Assembly (NCBI GenBank): GCA_045604425.1
Contig: JAZUOB010000230.1
Coordinates: 1 to 25,668 of the forward strand
Direction of reading: 5' to 3'
Source of the DNA: Clostridia bacterium
Lineage (GTDB): Bacteria; Bacillota; Clostridia; UBA1381
DNA: 25,668 nucleotides
Part shown: positions 7,629 to 15,543 of the stretch, one piece after another
How positions within the stretch are numbered: the first letter of the stretch is position 1
Layout of the letters: every line of letters starts with the position of its first letter
Program-made: the position numbers and the translations under genes
Notes under the pieces: model-generated
What the model was told of the DNA's origin: nothing
The model's database searches: none
Seen by the model: only the letters and a program-made list of their open reading frames with translations

Positions 7629-9352
7629 TGATTTATAATAATATCTCACGCACTCAAGGCTCTGTGACATTTGATGTGTTTGGGGGAATAAACCGCCGGA
7701 TAAAAGCAGACAACGGGGAATTTCGGGATATGCAAAACCTTTGCCACAGCGAATATCCTTGTCTTCGGTCTCACAGACTGTACAAGGATATGGGCTTTTC
7801 TCTTCCTGATAATGTTGAAGTGGTGAAAATGATAATACCAAAACGCCTTTTGTCCGCTATGGAGGGATTTTCGGGTGTTGTATATAACAAAAGCACAAAG
7901 TACTATGAAATATATATAAACGGAGAAGCAAAACGCACGGATATCCCTGTCTTTACAGATGCTGTGGACTACAACGGCTCTATCATTACACTTCCCCAGC
8001 TTAAAGGCTATAATTACTGTACTTTGGGTGAGGCTATGGACTATGATGATTTGGCAATCGAGCCTTATCGCATTTCCAGTGTAGGCTTTAAGTTCTATAA
8101 TTCATATTCAACCTCAACACAGACTACCACTCCATACCTACATATAATGGGAATAAGTAGCTCCTGGTTCAAAAACAGATTTTTAAACAACTTCAAGATT
8201 GGAGATGCTGTGGCTTTTTATGGGTTTGAAGGTGAATTTGCAAAAAACAATACCTTCTATCCAAAAAGCTCAACCGATTATTCAAATACTATCTCGCCCA
8301 CCATTGCTACCATAAAAAGCTACACTTCCTCCGGCACCATGGCTGTGATTGGATTTGAGCTTCGAAACTCTCTTGGTGAGATTATAAACTGGCCATATGG
8401 CTGTGGCATCAACACTGAAACCCCAACTGACCAGACTACAGGTGTTTTTCAAAAATATGTACCCAAAGGCTCTAATATGTGCGTTGCTCACAACAGATTA
8501 TGGCTCTGTTCAGAGTCGGGAGAAGAAATCCTTGCATCAAGCCTTGGCAAGCCTATGGAGTTTTATGAGTTTCAAGGGGTGAGCACTGACAGTTGGTCAG
8601 GAAGCGTTGGAACGCCCGGTCTTTTTAAAGGAATAATCTCATGGCATACAAGAGTCCTTGCATTTAAAGAAGACACAATTCATGTAGTATATGGCGACCT
8701 GCCCTCTAATTTCAGTATTGAAAAGACATATAATTTCGGATGTGTGGACAAAAACAGTATAGCCGCCTGCGGAGACTGTGTAATATGGCTTTCTCATGAT
8801 GGGTTTTATGCATATTCAGGTACTCTTCCCAAAAAGATATCACACAAGCTCCAGACAGAGTATACCTCTGCCAATGCTTTTTCAGACGGAGTCAGGTACT
8901 ATGCCTATTGCACAAAAAAAGACGGCGGGAGCGAATTCATAGTCTATGACACCCAGCTGAAGCTGTTTTCAAAGCTTGAAGCTCCCTCTATTATAAACGG
9001 AGACTTTTATGAAGGTAAAGTGTACTTTGCAGACAAAAACAAAGTATATGCTCTTGGAGAAGGTGAGTTTGGTGATTTTTACGGCGAAACTCCGGAACTT
9101 TCTTTTGACAGCTTTGGTGACAAATCCATAATCTATGCTTGTATAAGATGCAAGATAAAAGACGGGTTTTTGAACTTTTATACTGCATCCGGCGGCGGTG
9201 AGTTTATATCCCACAAAGGTATCTCAAAGTCCGGAAAACACAGGCTTCCTATCCGATATTCTCCCGGGGATGTATTGTCTTTCAGGATTGAGGGTCATGG
9301 AGATGTATGTATCAGCGAGATAAAACTTGAAGTACTTTTGAAAACGAGGTGA
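7628..9352 (+). CDS. Podovirus tail nozzle or stabilisation protein (P22 gp10 / T7 gp12-like beta-propeller)
   Basis: FGGINRR...EFRDMQNL...YPCL, HNRLWLC, ILASSLGKP, DSWSGSVGT, VLAFKEDTIHVVYG, GCVDKNSIA and VIWLSHDGFYAYSG repeat-like blades. Confidence 0.7.
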   Translation: MIYNNISRTQGSVTFDVFGGINRRIKADNGEFRDMQNLCHSEYPCLRSHRLYKDMGFSLPDNVEVVKMIIPKRLLSAMEGFSGVVYNKSTKYYEIYINGEAKRTDIPVFTDAVDYNGSIITLPQLKGYNYCTLGEAMDYDDLAIEPYRISSVGFKFYNSYSTSTQTTTPYLHIMGISSSWFKNRFLNNFKIGDAVAFYGFEGEFAKNNTFYPKSSTDYSNTISPTIATIKSYTSSGTMAVIGFELRNSLGEIINWPYGCGINTETPTDQTTGVFQKYVPKGSNMCVAHNRLWLCSESGEEILASSLGKPMEFYEFQGVSTDSWSGSVGTPGLFKGIISWHTRVLAFKEDTIHVVYGDLPSNFSIEKTYNFGCVDKNSIAACGDCVIWLSHDGFYAYSGTLPKKISHKLQTEYTSANAFSDGVRYYAYCTKKDGGSEFIVYDTQLKLFSKLEAPSIINGDFYEGKVYFADKNKVYALGEGEFGDFYGETPELSFDSFGDKSIIYACIRCKIKDGFLNFYTASGGGEFISHKGISKSGKHRLPIRYSPGDVLSFRIEGHGDVCISEIKLEVLLKTR

Positions 9353-9357
9353 TAAAC

Positions 9358-9975
9358 ATGAGCTATGAAATAAATGTGGATAAATACAGCTTTGCTGCAA
9401 ATCCCGAAAAGGAGCAGGAAAGCTATAGTACACAGCTTATTCGCAAACTTTTTGAAGAGGAAACAAAAATACGGACTGAAGAAATTCTTGAGCTTAGAAA
9501 ACAGATTGATACTCTTTTGAAAGAAGAAACTGACCCCACTGTTTCCTCTTGGGCGAAAGAGCCGACCAAACCAACATATACTGCCCAGGAAGTTGGAGCA
9601 CTCTCTGAAAATACACCTATACCGATTGTAGACCAAACCTATAACGGCGAAAGCGAAAATGCTCAAAGCGGTAAAGCTTTAAAGCCTGAATTTGACAAAG
9701 TGTGGCCTGAATTTGACAAAGTGTGGACTGAACTGAATGATATGGGAATTGCACTTGAAAATAACATAAGTAACACACAGCATTTAGCTTCTGTAAAAGC
9801 AAATAAATCTGATGTCTTTACAAAAGCCGAGACGGAAGCCGAAATAAAAGGAAACTTGGGTATGTATTATACCAAAGACCTTATTGACACTATGTTTGAT
9901 AATATATACACAAAATCTGAAACGGATACGGCTATCAGGACAGCTATCCTTGACAGTTGGGAGGTACCTGTATGA
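9358..9975 (+). CDS. Tail-fibre-like or virion appendage protein; start revised to ATG 9358
   Basis: SD GAGGTGA at 9346-9352. Motifs ETDPTVSSWAKEPTKPTYTAQEVGAL and VDQTYNGESENAQSGKA recur in Firmicutes phage fibre proteins. C-terminal YTK-type repeats. Confidence 0.6.
   Translation: MSYEINVDKYSFAANPEKEQESYSTQLIRKLFEEETKIRTEEILELRKQIDTLLKEETDPTVSSWAKEPTKPTYTAQEVGALSENTPIPIVDQTYNGESENAQSGKALKPEFDKVWPEFDKVWTELNDMGIALENNISNTQHLASVKANKSDVFTKAETEAEIKGNLGMYYTKDLIDTMFDNIYTKSETDTAIRTAILDSWEVPV
9685..9726 (+). repeat. Exact 21-bp tandem duplication (PEFDKVW x2)
   Basis: CCTGAATTTGACAAAGTGTGG occurs at 9685-9705 and 9706-9726, followed by the partial copy ACTGAA. Confidence 0.95.
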
Positions 9976-10640
9976 GTGTTCAGCAAGAAAAGTTTACACA
10001 AATAGCAGATGCAATTCGTGAAAAAACAGGCTCCAAAGATAAAATAAAGCCATCACAGTTTGCATCAGAAATTGATAATGTATTTGATGCAGGCTCTGCT
10101 TCAAATAACAAAAATTTTTGGGACGTTCTTCAAAACAAGGGCGGCAGTGCAAACTATTATTATGCTTTTGCATACGGCAGATTTACCGACAAAAATTTCA
10201 ATCCCGTCCATGATATTGTATGCGCCTCAGGTTCCACCCCGGGACAGCATCTTTTCACAGCATCTCATGGTATTACCGATGTCAAGGTGCCTGTATACGC
10301 AAATACAAAGAATGCAAACAGTGCCTTTTATACCTGCCTGAATCTAAAGACCATACCCTTGTTTTATGTATATAAAACAACTACATTGACAACCTGTTTT
10401 TCTGATTGTCCCGCCCTTGAAAACTTGACTATGGGCGGAGAAATAGGTCAGAACATCAAGGTATCCGATTGTACAAAGCTTACTCATAAAAGCCTTATGA
10501 GTATAAGCCAGCACTTATATGACTATGCTTCCGCGGGAGAAAGCGGCACTTATACATTCACAATGGGAAGCGCAAACCAGAAAAAGCTTACAGAGGCAGA
10601 GCTTGCAGAAATAACACAGAAAGGATGGAGCGTAGCATAA
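9972..10640 (+). CDS. Putative receptor-binding or fibre protein with short LRR-like segment; start revised to ATG 9972
   Basis: ATGA overlap with the upstream stop and SD GGAGGT. N-terminal IADAIREKTG...IKPSQFASEI, LRR-like FYTCLNLKTI / FSDCPALENL, and C-terminal LTEAELAEITQKGWSV. Confidence 0.6.
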   Translation: MSVQQEKFTQIADAIREKTGSKDKIKPSQFASEIDNVFDAGSASNNKNFWDVLQNKGGSANYYYAFAYGRFTDKNFNPVHDIVCASGSTPGQHLFTASHGITDVKVPVYANTKNANSAFYTCLNLKTIPLFYVYKTTTLTTCFSDCPALENLTMGGEIGQNIKVSDCTKLTHKSLMSISQHLYDYASAGESGTYTFTMGSANQKKLTEAELAEITQKGWSVA

Positions 10641-10822
10641 TGGAAATATATACTATAGAAATAAAAAAGCTAAAAGCAGGCCAAGGCAAAGTCCTCACAG
10701 ACGGCAATACATTTTCGGATGTAGGCGGAGCTGTATACCTTGGCGTCAATGATACTGCTGACAGGTGGCAGGAAATATCCAAAGAAGAATACGATATCAT
10801 AAAGGAGACTGCAAATGAGTGA
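10640..10822 (+). CDS. Small phage protein, possible fibre-assembly chaperone; start revised to ATG 10640
   Basis: TAATG overlap. 60 aa with motif LKAGQGKVLTDG...VYLG..D...WQEISKEE, directly following the fibre gene. Confidence 0.55.
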   Translation: MEIYTIEIKKLKAGQGKVLTDGNTFSDVGGAVYLGVNDTADRWQEISKEEYDIIKETANE

Positions 10823-11369
10823 TGTTCTTACAACTTGCAGGGATATAAAAGAGCTTACCAAAAGTGCTCAAAAAGCCTGTAATTTGTTTTTAGCAGAGTG
10901 TAAAAAACAAGGACTTAATGTACTTATAACCGAGACATACAGAAGCCAGGAGAGGCAAAACTATCTGTATGCACAGGGGAGAACAAGACCAGGCAACAAA
11001 GTGACATGGACTAAAAACAGCCGTCATACATCAAGAAGAGCATGGGATATTTGCAAGAATGTAAAAGGCGGAGAATACTCTGACAGTTCATTCTTTAAAA
11101 AATGCGGAGAAATTGCAAAAAGTCTTGGTATTGTCTGGGGCGGAGTGTGGTCAACACCGGATACTCCTCACTTTGAGGTAAATGAAGATTGGAATTATAA
11201 AGGAGATGAATTGGATATGGACGAGCTTGAAAGATTTAAAAAGGAATACGCTGATTATGTAGCACATACAAGCGGCATAATAAACACTATGGGCAAGGAG
11301 ATTAAGAGCCTTCAGGATATTATAAATATTATGGGCAAGGAGCTTCAAGCACTTAGAGAGGAGAGATAA
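10815..11369 (+). CDS. Endolysin, M15-family L-Ala-D-Glu peptidase with C-terminal coiled-coil tail
   Basis: ITETYRSQERQNYLYAQGRT, NSRH, AWDI, WGGVW and DTPHFE provide the Zn-ligand pattern. Adjacent to the holin. Confidence 0.88.
   Translation: MSDVLTTCRDIKELTKSAQKACNLFLAECKKQGLNVLITETYRSQERQNYLYAQGRTRPGNKVTWTKNSRHTSRRAWDICKNVKGGEYSDSSFFKKCGEIAKSLGIVWGGVWSTPDTPHFEVNEDWNYKGDELDMDELERFKKEYADYVAHTSGIINTMGKEIKSLQDIINIMGKELQALREER
11277..11360 (+). repeat. Imperfect 42-bp tandem repeat encoding a double-heptad duplication
   Basis: IINTMGKEIKSLQD followed by IINIMGKELQALRE. ATGGGCAAGGAG is present in both copies. Confidence 0.85.
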
Positions 11370-11370
11370 T

Positions 11371-11802
11371 ATGAACGATATAAAGATATTTGTATGTACA
11401 TACATAGGAATTCTGGGAGCTTTGTTTTCCAAAATGTTTGGGGGATGGTCCGAAGACCTTCTTACACTTGTGATATTTATGGCTGTTGATTATATAACAG
11501 GTCTTATAGTAGCAGGCGTTTTCAAAGCATCAGGCAAAACAGAAAGCGGAAGCATCAGCAGTAAAGCCAGCTTTAAAGGAATATGCAAAAAGTGTGTAAT
11601 GCTTTTGTTTGTGCTTATTGCTATTCGCCTTGATATGCTTCTTTCAACAGATTATATACGCACTGCCACTGTAATAGGCTTTATACTCAATGAAGTAATC
11701 TCAATAGTAGAAAATGCAGGGCTTATGGGTATTCCGCTTCCAAAAGCGATAGTCAAAGCTATAGAAATCCTGAAAACAAAAGAAAAGACAGGTGACGAAT
11801 AA
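11371..11802 (+). CDS. Phage holin (Phage_holin_4_1 / toxin-secretion holin-like)
   Basis: FGGWSEDLLTLVIFMAVDYITG, SSKASFKGICKK and NEVISIVENAGLMGIPLP with transmembrane helices. Confidence 0.9.
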   Translation: MNDIKIFVCTYIGILGALFSKMFGGWSEDLLTLVIFMAVDYITGLIVAGVFKASGKTESGSISSKASFKGICKKCVMLLFVLIAIRLDMLLSTDYIRTATVIGFILNEVISIVENAGLMGIPLPKAIVKAIEILKTKEKTGDE

Positions 11803-12554
11803 TGTATATATCAGAGGTAATACAAAGAGCAAAGACCCTCTTTCCTACTGAGTATTCTCCGAAAGAGTATATCCTTTGGTGCGACGAGCTATCGGCGTAT
11901 ATACGAAAAAATCTTGACCCCTTGTACCAAAAAATCAAATGCTCAACGTCTTGTGTGCTTCTTCCTGAAGATATAACCATAAACGATATTGCAAAAATCA
12001 TTATGGGAGAAAGGGAGCTTAAGAAAACTGACTTTCGGGATTTTGGTATTGAGTACCAATATACTCCGGAGGGAATACGACTTGCAAAAAAAGATGAAAA
12101 AGCCTGTGACTTTGAAATTATTTATGCTCTTTCATATCGCCCAATTCGGTATATAGATGATACATATGACGCTGAGATTTCAAACAACCGTCTTGTAATA
12201 AAGGATATTCCGCTTCTTGAAAATGACACCATAAAGGTGACATCGGAAGATACCGCATCTATTGTGACAATCACAAAAAAAGACGGTGATACCTACTATG
12301 TGACAGGTGATATTCTCCCTACTTTTAAAGGTCAGGTGAAGATTTACAGATTTATAAAAGATAAAACTCTGCTTCCGGCACCATACGACAGTGCATATAT
12401 AGATTTTGTGAATGCAAAAGCGTCCTTGTACCAAGGTGACAAACATGCATACAATGCTTTTATGAGCCAGTACAACTCCAAAATTTCGGACTATAAATAC
12501 TGGCTAAACAGAAACAAGCCAAGGACAGAAGCAAGATTCAAGAACTGGTTTTAG
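11802..12554 (+). CDS. Putative head-to-tail adaptor (P22 gp4 / T7 gp11-like role)
   Basis: N-terminal ISEVIQRAKTLFP...ILWCDEL and C-terminal LLPAPYDSAYIDFVNAK...YNAFMSQYN...DYKYW patterns. TAATG overlap with the holin. Confidence 0.6.
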   Translation: MYISEVIQRAKTLFPTEYSPKEYILWCDELSAYIRKNLDPLYQKIKCSTSCVLLPEDITINDIAKIIMGERELKKTDFRDFGIEYQYTPEGIRLAKKDEKACDFEIIYALSYRPIRYIDDTYDAEISNNRLVIKDIPLLENDTIKVTSEDTASIVTITKKDGDTYYVTGDILPTFKGQVKIYRFIKDKTLLPAPYDSAYIDFVNAKASLYQGDKHAYNAFMSQYNSKISDYKYWLNRNKPRTEARFKNWF

Positions 12555-12570
12555 AAAGGAGATGATATGA

Positions 12571-12711
12571 TTGGATTTTATAATGGAGGCTCCTCCCGAG
12601 CTTAGCGGAAACACTGATGAAGACTTAAAGGCTCTTCGGGAATACCTACTGGAGCTATTAGACGAGCTTGAATATACATTTAAAAGGAGGCTTAGAGATG
12701 AATCAGAGTAA
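12571..12711 (+). CDS. Unannotated 46-aa acidic helical protein (TTG start)
   Basis: Own translation: MDFIMEAPPELSGNTDEDLKALREYLLELLDELEYTFKRRLRDESE. SD AAGGAG at 12556-12561. Fills the gap exactly and overlaps the portal start by 14 nt. Confidence 0.75.
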   Translation: MDFIMEAPPELSGNTDEDLKALREYLLELLDELEYTFKRRLRDESE

Positions 12712-14317
12712 TATTAGTCCTGAGTTTCTGGCAAAAGCGCTATCTCAATATGAAAAATACAAAAATGACAAGCAGGCACTCAACCAGAGAGTCAGGGAAA
12801 ACGATTATTGGTACAAGGCAAGATATGGGTCACTACTAAACCCTAAAAACAATGAAACACAGCCAGTGACCGCTTTTATATTCTCCGCTATTGAATATAA
12901 ATTTGCAGATGCGGTGGACAACTTCCCTATGCCTAACGTACTGGAAAGAGAGCCGTCGGATAAAAAGGTATCAGAGCTTTTGTCAAAGATAGTGCCGGTG
13001 CAGCTGGATATGGCAGACTTCAAAAAAACCTACAAGTCAAACTGGAGAAGAAAACTAAAGCATGGCACCAGTATATATGGGGTGTTTTATAAGGGGGGAG
13101 ATATAAAAATCTGTCCTTTGTCTATCCTGAATGTATACTGTGATATGCATGTAAATGATGTTCAGGACAGCCCATTTCTTTTTATAGTGAATGCGCTGGA
13201 CAACGAGCACCTGAAAATGCTCTATCCTATGCATCGTGACAAGTTTTCGGGAAACGCAATGATAGAGTCTTTTGACGGTGCTCATGAAATGGAGGACAAG
13301 ACAGAGATTATAGATTGCTACTACAAAAAATTCGGCAAGGTACATTGTATGAAGATTTGTCAGAATGAGGTAATTGCCGCAACTGAGAATGAGAACTTTC
13401 CAAACGGTATTTACAGCCACGGCAAGTACCCGGTTGTCTTTGACGTAATGTATCCTGAAGAAGACTCTCCCTTTGGTTTTGGCGTTATAGATATTGCAAA
13501 AAACCCCCAGACTTATATCGACAGACTAGACAGTGCAATTGTGAAAAACGCAGTACTATCAAGCAAAATTCGTTTTCTTATAAAAGACAGCGGCTCAGTC
13601 AACGAAGAAGAAGTTCTGGACTGCTCGAAAGATATAATACATGTGGCAGGAAGCATTGATAATGACTCTATCAGGGAGCTAAACACATCAAATATGCCTG
13701 CATATGTAATAGAGCACAGAGCCAAGAAGATTGAGGAGCTAAAAGAAATTATCGGAAACCGTGACTTTCAGCAAGGCGGCACCAACAGCGGCGTCACAGC
13801 GGCAAGTGCAATCACTGCTCTTCAGGAAACGGGAAACAAGCTTGCAAGGGCAGCAATTGATGACTCCTATGACAGCTACAAACAAGTAGTGATTATGACC
13901 ATTGAGCTGATGCGTGAGTTTTTTGACAAAAAAAAGATATTCAGAATTGCGGGTCAGGGTGAAGAAGCTGAATACGCTGAGTTTTCAAAGGACATGCTGT
14001 ACAAAATAATAGACAACAAAAAAGAGCCTGTGCTTTTTGATGTAAATATTGTACCTCAAAAGCAAAACCCGTTCCAGAGAGAAACAAACAATAATACTAT
14101 CATAGAGCTGTGGAAAGCAGGATTTTTTAAGCCTGATACAGCAAGAGAGGCTATTATTGCCATTGAAGCTATGAGCTTTGACGGCAAGGACAAGCTACTA
14201 AAAAAGCTAAAATCAAATCCTACACCCCCAAGCCAAAATTCTGACATGGTACCCGTTGAAAAATACTTGAAAATGCAAGGAGTACAAGGGTATCAGCCAC
14301 AAATAAAGCGTGTATAA
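12698..14317 (+). CDS. Portal protein (P22-like podovirus type); start revised to ATG 12698
   Basis: SD AAAGGAGG at 12683-12690. Motifs DAVDNFP, PNVLEREPSD, YPVVFDVMYPEEDSPFGFG, KNPQTYID, IGNRDFQQG, VTAASAITALQETG and FDGKD. Confidence 0.82.
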   Translation: MNQSNISPEFLAKALSQYEKYKNDKQALNQRVRENDYWYKARYGSLLNPKNNETQPVTAFIFSAIEYKFADAVDNFPMPNVLEREPSDKKVSELLSKIVPVQLDMADFKKTYKSNWRRKLKHGTSIYGVFYKGGDIKICPLSILNVYCDMHVNDVQDSPFLFIVNALDNEHLKMLYPMHRDKFSGNAMIESFDGAHEMEDKTEIIDCYYKKFGKVHCMKICQNEVIAATENENFPNGIYSHGKYPVVFDVMYPEEDSPFGFGVIDIAKNPQTYIDRLDSAIVKNAVLSSKIRFLIKDSGSVNEEEVLDCSKDIIHVAGSIDNDSIRELNTSNMPAYVIEHRAKKIEELKEIIGNRDFQQGGTNSGVTAASAITALQETGNKLARAAIDDSYDSYKQVVIMTIELMREFFDKKKIFRIAGQGEEAEYAEFSKDMLYKIIDNKKEPVLFDVNIVPQKQNPFQRETNNNTIIELWKAGFFKPDTAREAIIAIEAMSFDGKDKLLKKLKSNPTPPSQNSDMVPVEKYLKMQGVQGYQPQIKRV

Positions 14318-14332
14318 AAAGGAGGAATAAAC

Positions 14333-15484
14333 ATGGCATACAACACTGATGAAAACGAAAAAACAACTGATACAAATAAGTCACCAAAGGGAAACACTTT
14401 TGTCTCTGATAATCTTGGAGTGAGGGATGCTTTAAACACACTTGGATACAACAACAGCCTTATAGGCTACGACGGAGAGAATGTCACATACGGCGGAAAG
14501 TATCTTTTGAAGCCGGAGAGAAACGATGAGGGCACAACAAAAGCAAGTCCCCAGACCTTAATCGGCAGTATAAACAGCTATAACAAAAAAGAAGGCATTG
14601 ATGACTCTGTAGTAGATGTGACGGCTTATAGCGCCACAGCTACAAAACTTCCCTATGCTGTCACACACGACAAGGGAGTTGTATCTCTTGGGGGAATTCC
14701 AATACAGAATACCATGATTATTGACGGGGTTGCGTATGCACCAAGAAGCAGTATAGATGCTGCTATCGGTGAGTATTCAAAAAATATTGGACAATATACC
14801 GAGAAAACAAATGAATACCTAAAGGAAACAGAAACTCCAACAAATGATTATCTAACCAGAATATATAATTATGAGCCTTTTAGTTATAATCCGGATAATG
14901 ACGCTGCCTATCTTGCATACAAGGACCAGTACACAAAAAATGCCGCGCTTGCGGCAGAGGACGTATATGGGCTTGGAGCATCAAGAACAGGGGGTTATCA
15001 AAACAGTGCGGCGCTTATGGCATCTAATCAGGCATACTACGACCATATGAAAGAGCTGGCTGATAATATACCTGCTCTTTTGGATAATGCATACAAGCGG
15101 CACACCGGAGATTTTGATATGCTGCTTGACAGTCTAAAGCTGTATGGCACACCTTATGACAGACATAAGCTTTCATCGGATGCGCTTGTGCTTGACAGAG
15201 AAGATACTGAAAAGGCACTGGAAAAAGACTACAATAGAGATATAGACTCTCGCGATTTCAACTATTCCGGAATTCTTGACTGGCAGGATTATGAACAGAT
15301 GCTTTGGGACAGAGATATGGATTCCTGGGATATAAATATGGATATATGGGAGCGAGATAATATACTTACTCCTAAATCTTTACTTTTAAACTGGGAAGTA
15401 GAAAACATACCACTAAATACTAAGCTTCTGGAAGCGGAGATTGCAAACAAGCAGGCAGACACCGGCAAAAAGAACAGATCATAA
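14333..15484 (+). CDS. Putative internal virion / DNA-ejection protein
   Basis: SD AAAGGAGG. The helical Ala/Gly/Tyr-rich block FSYNPDNDAAYLAYKDQY...SRTGGYQNSAALMASNQAYYDHMKEL resembles proteins in Clostridia podoviral morphogenesis modules. The function is inferred. Confidence 0.5.
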   Translation: MAYNTDENEKTTDTNKSPKGNTFVSDNLGVRDALNTLGYNNSLIGYDGENVTYGGKYLLKPERNDEGTTKASPQTLIGSINSYNKKEGIDDSVVDVTAYSATATKLPYAVTHDKGVVSLGGIPIQNTMIIDGVAYAPRSSIDAAIGEYSKNIGQYTEKTNEYLKETETPTNDYLTRIYNYEPFSYNPDNDAAYLAYKDQYTKNAALAAEDVYGLGASRTGGYQNSAALMASNQAYYDHMKELADNIPALLDNAYKRHTGDFDMLLDSLKLYGTPYDRHKLSSDALVLDREDTEKALEKDYNRDIDSRDFNYSGILDWQDYEQMLWDRDMDSWDINMDIWERDNILTPKSLLLNWEVENIPLNTKLLEAEIANKQADTGKKNRS

Positions 15485-15521
15485 AAAAAAAGGACCGACT
15501 CAAATGAGTCGGCCTTTTTTT
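15484..15521. terminator. Bidirectional intrinsic terminator between the phage-like operon and the S-layer gene
   Basis: A-run, AGGACCGACTC, loop AAAT, GAGTCGGCC, then T7. Sits between convergent stop codons at 15484 and 15544. Confidence 0.9.
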
Positions 15522-15543
15522 ATAAAAGTTCTATGAACATCAA

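Larger units (their letters stand above)
4640..15484 (+). mobile_element. Podovirus-like virion and lysis gene cluster lacking integrase, replication and immunity genes (GTA-like or cryptic prophage)
   Basis: 13 contiguous co-oriented ORFs covering capsid, TerL, tail, lysis, adaptor and portal. Non-phage genes flank it directly on both sides. Confidence 0.85.

Noticed and set aside
9358-10640. Diversity-generating retroelement target
   Set aside because: No reverse transcriptase and no TR/VR repeat pair seen in the window.
4640-15484. Complete active prophage or capsid-forming PICI/satellite
   Set aside because: No integrase, repressor, primase or replication genes, or att repeats, and both flanks are ordinary host genes inside the contig.
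4640-15484. Tailocin, contractile injection system or encapsulin
   Set aside because: No sheath, tube, baseplate or tape-measure gene is recognisable, while portal and terminase indicate DNA packaging.
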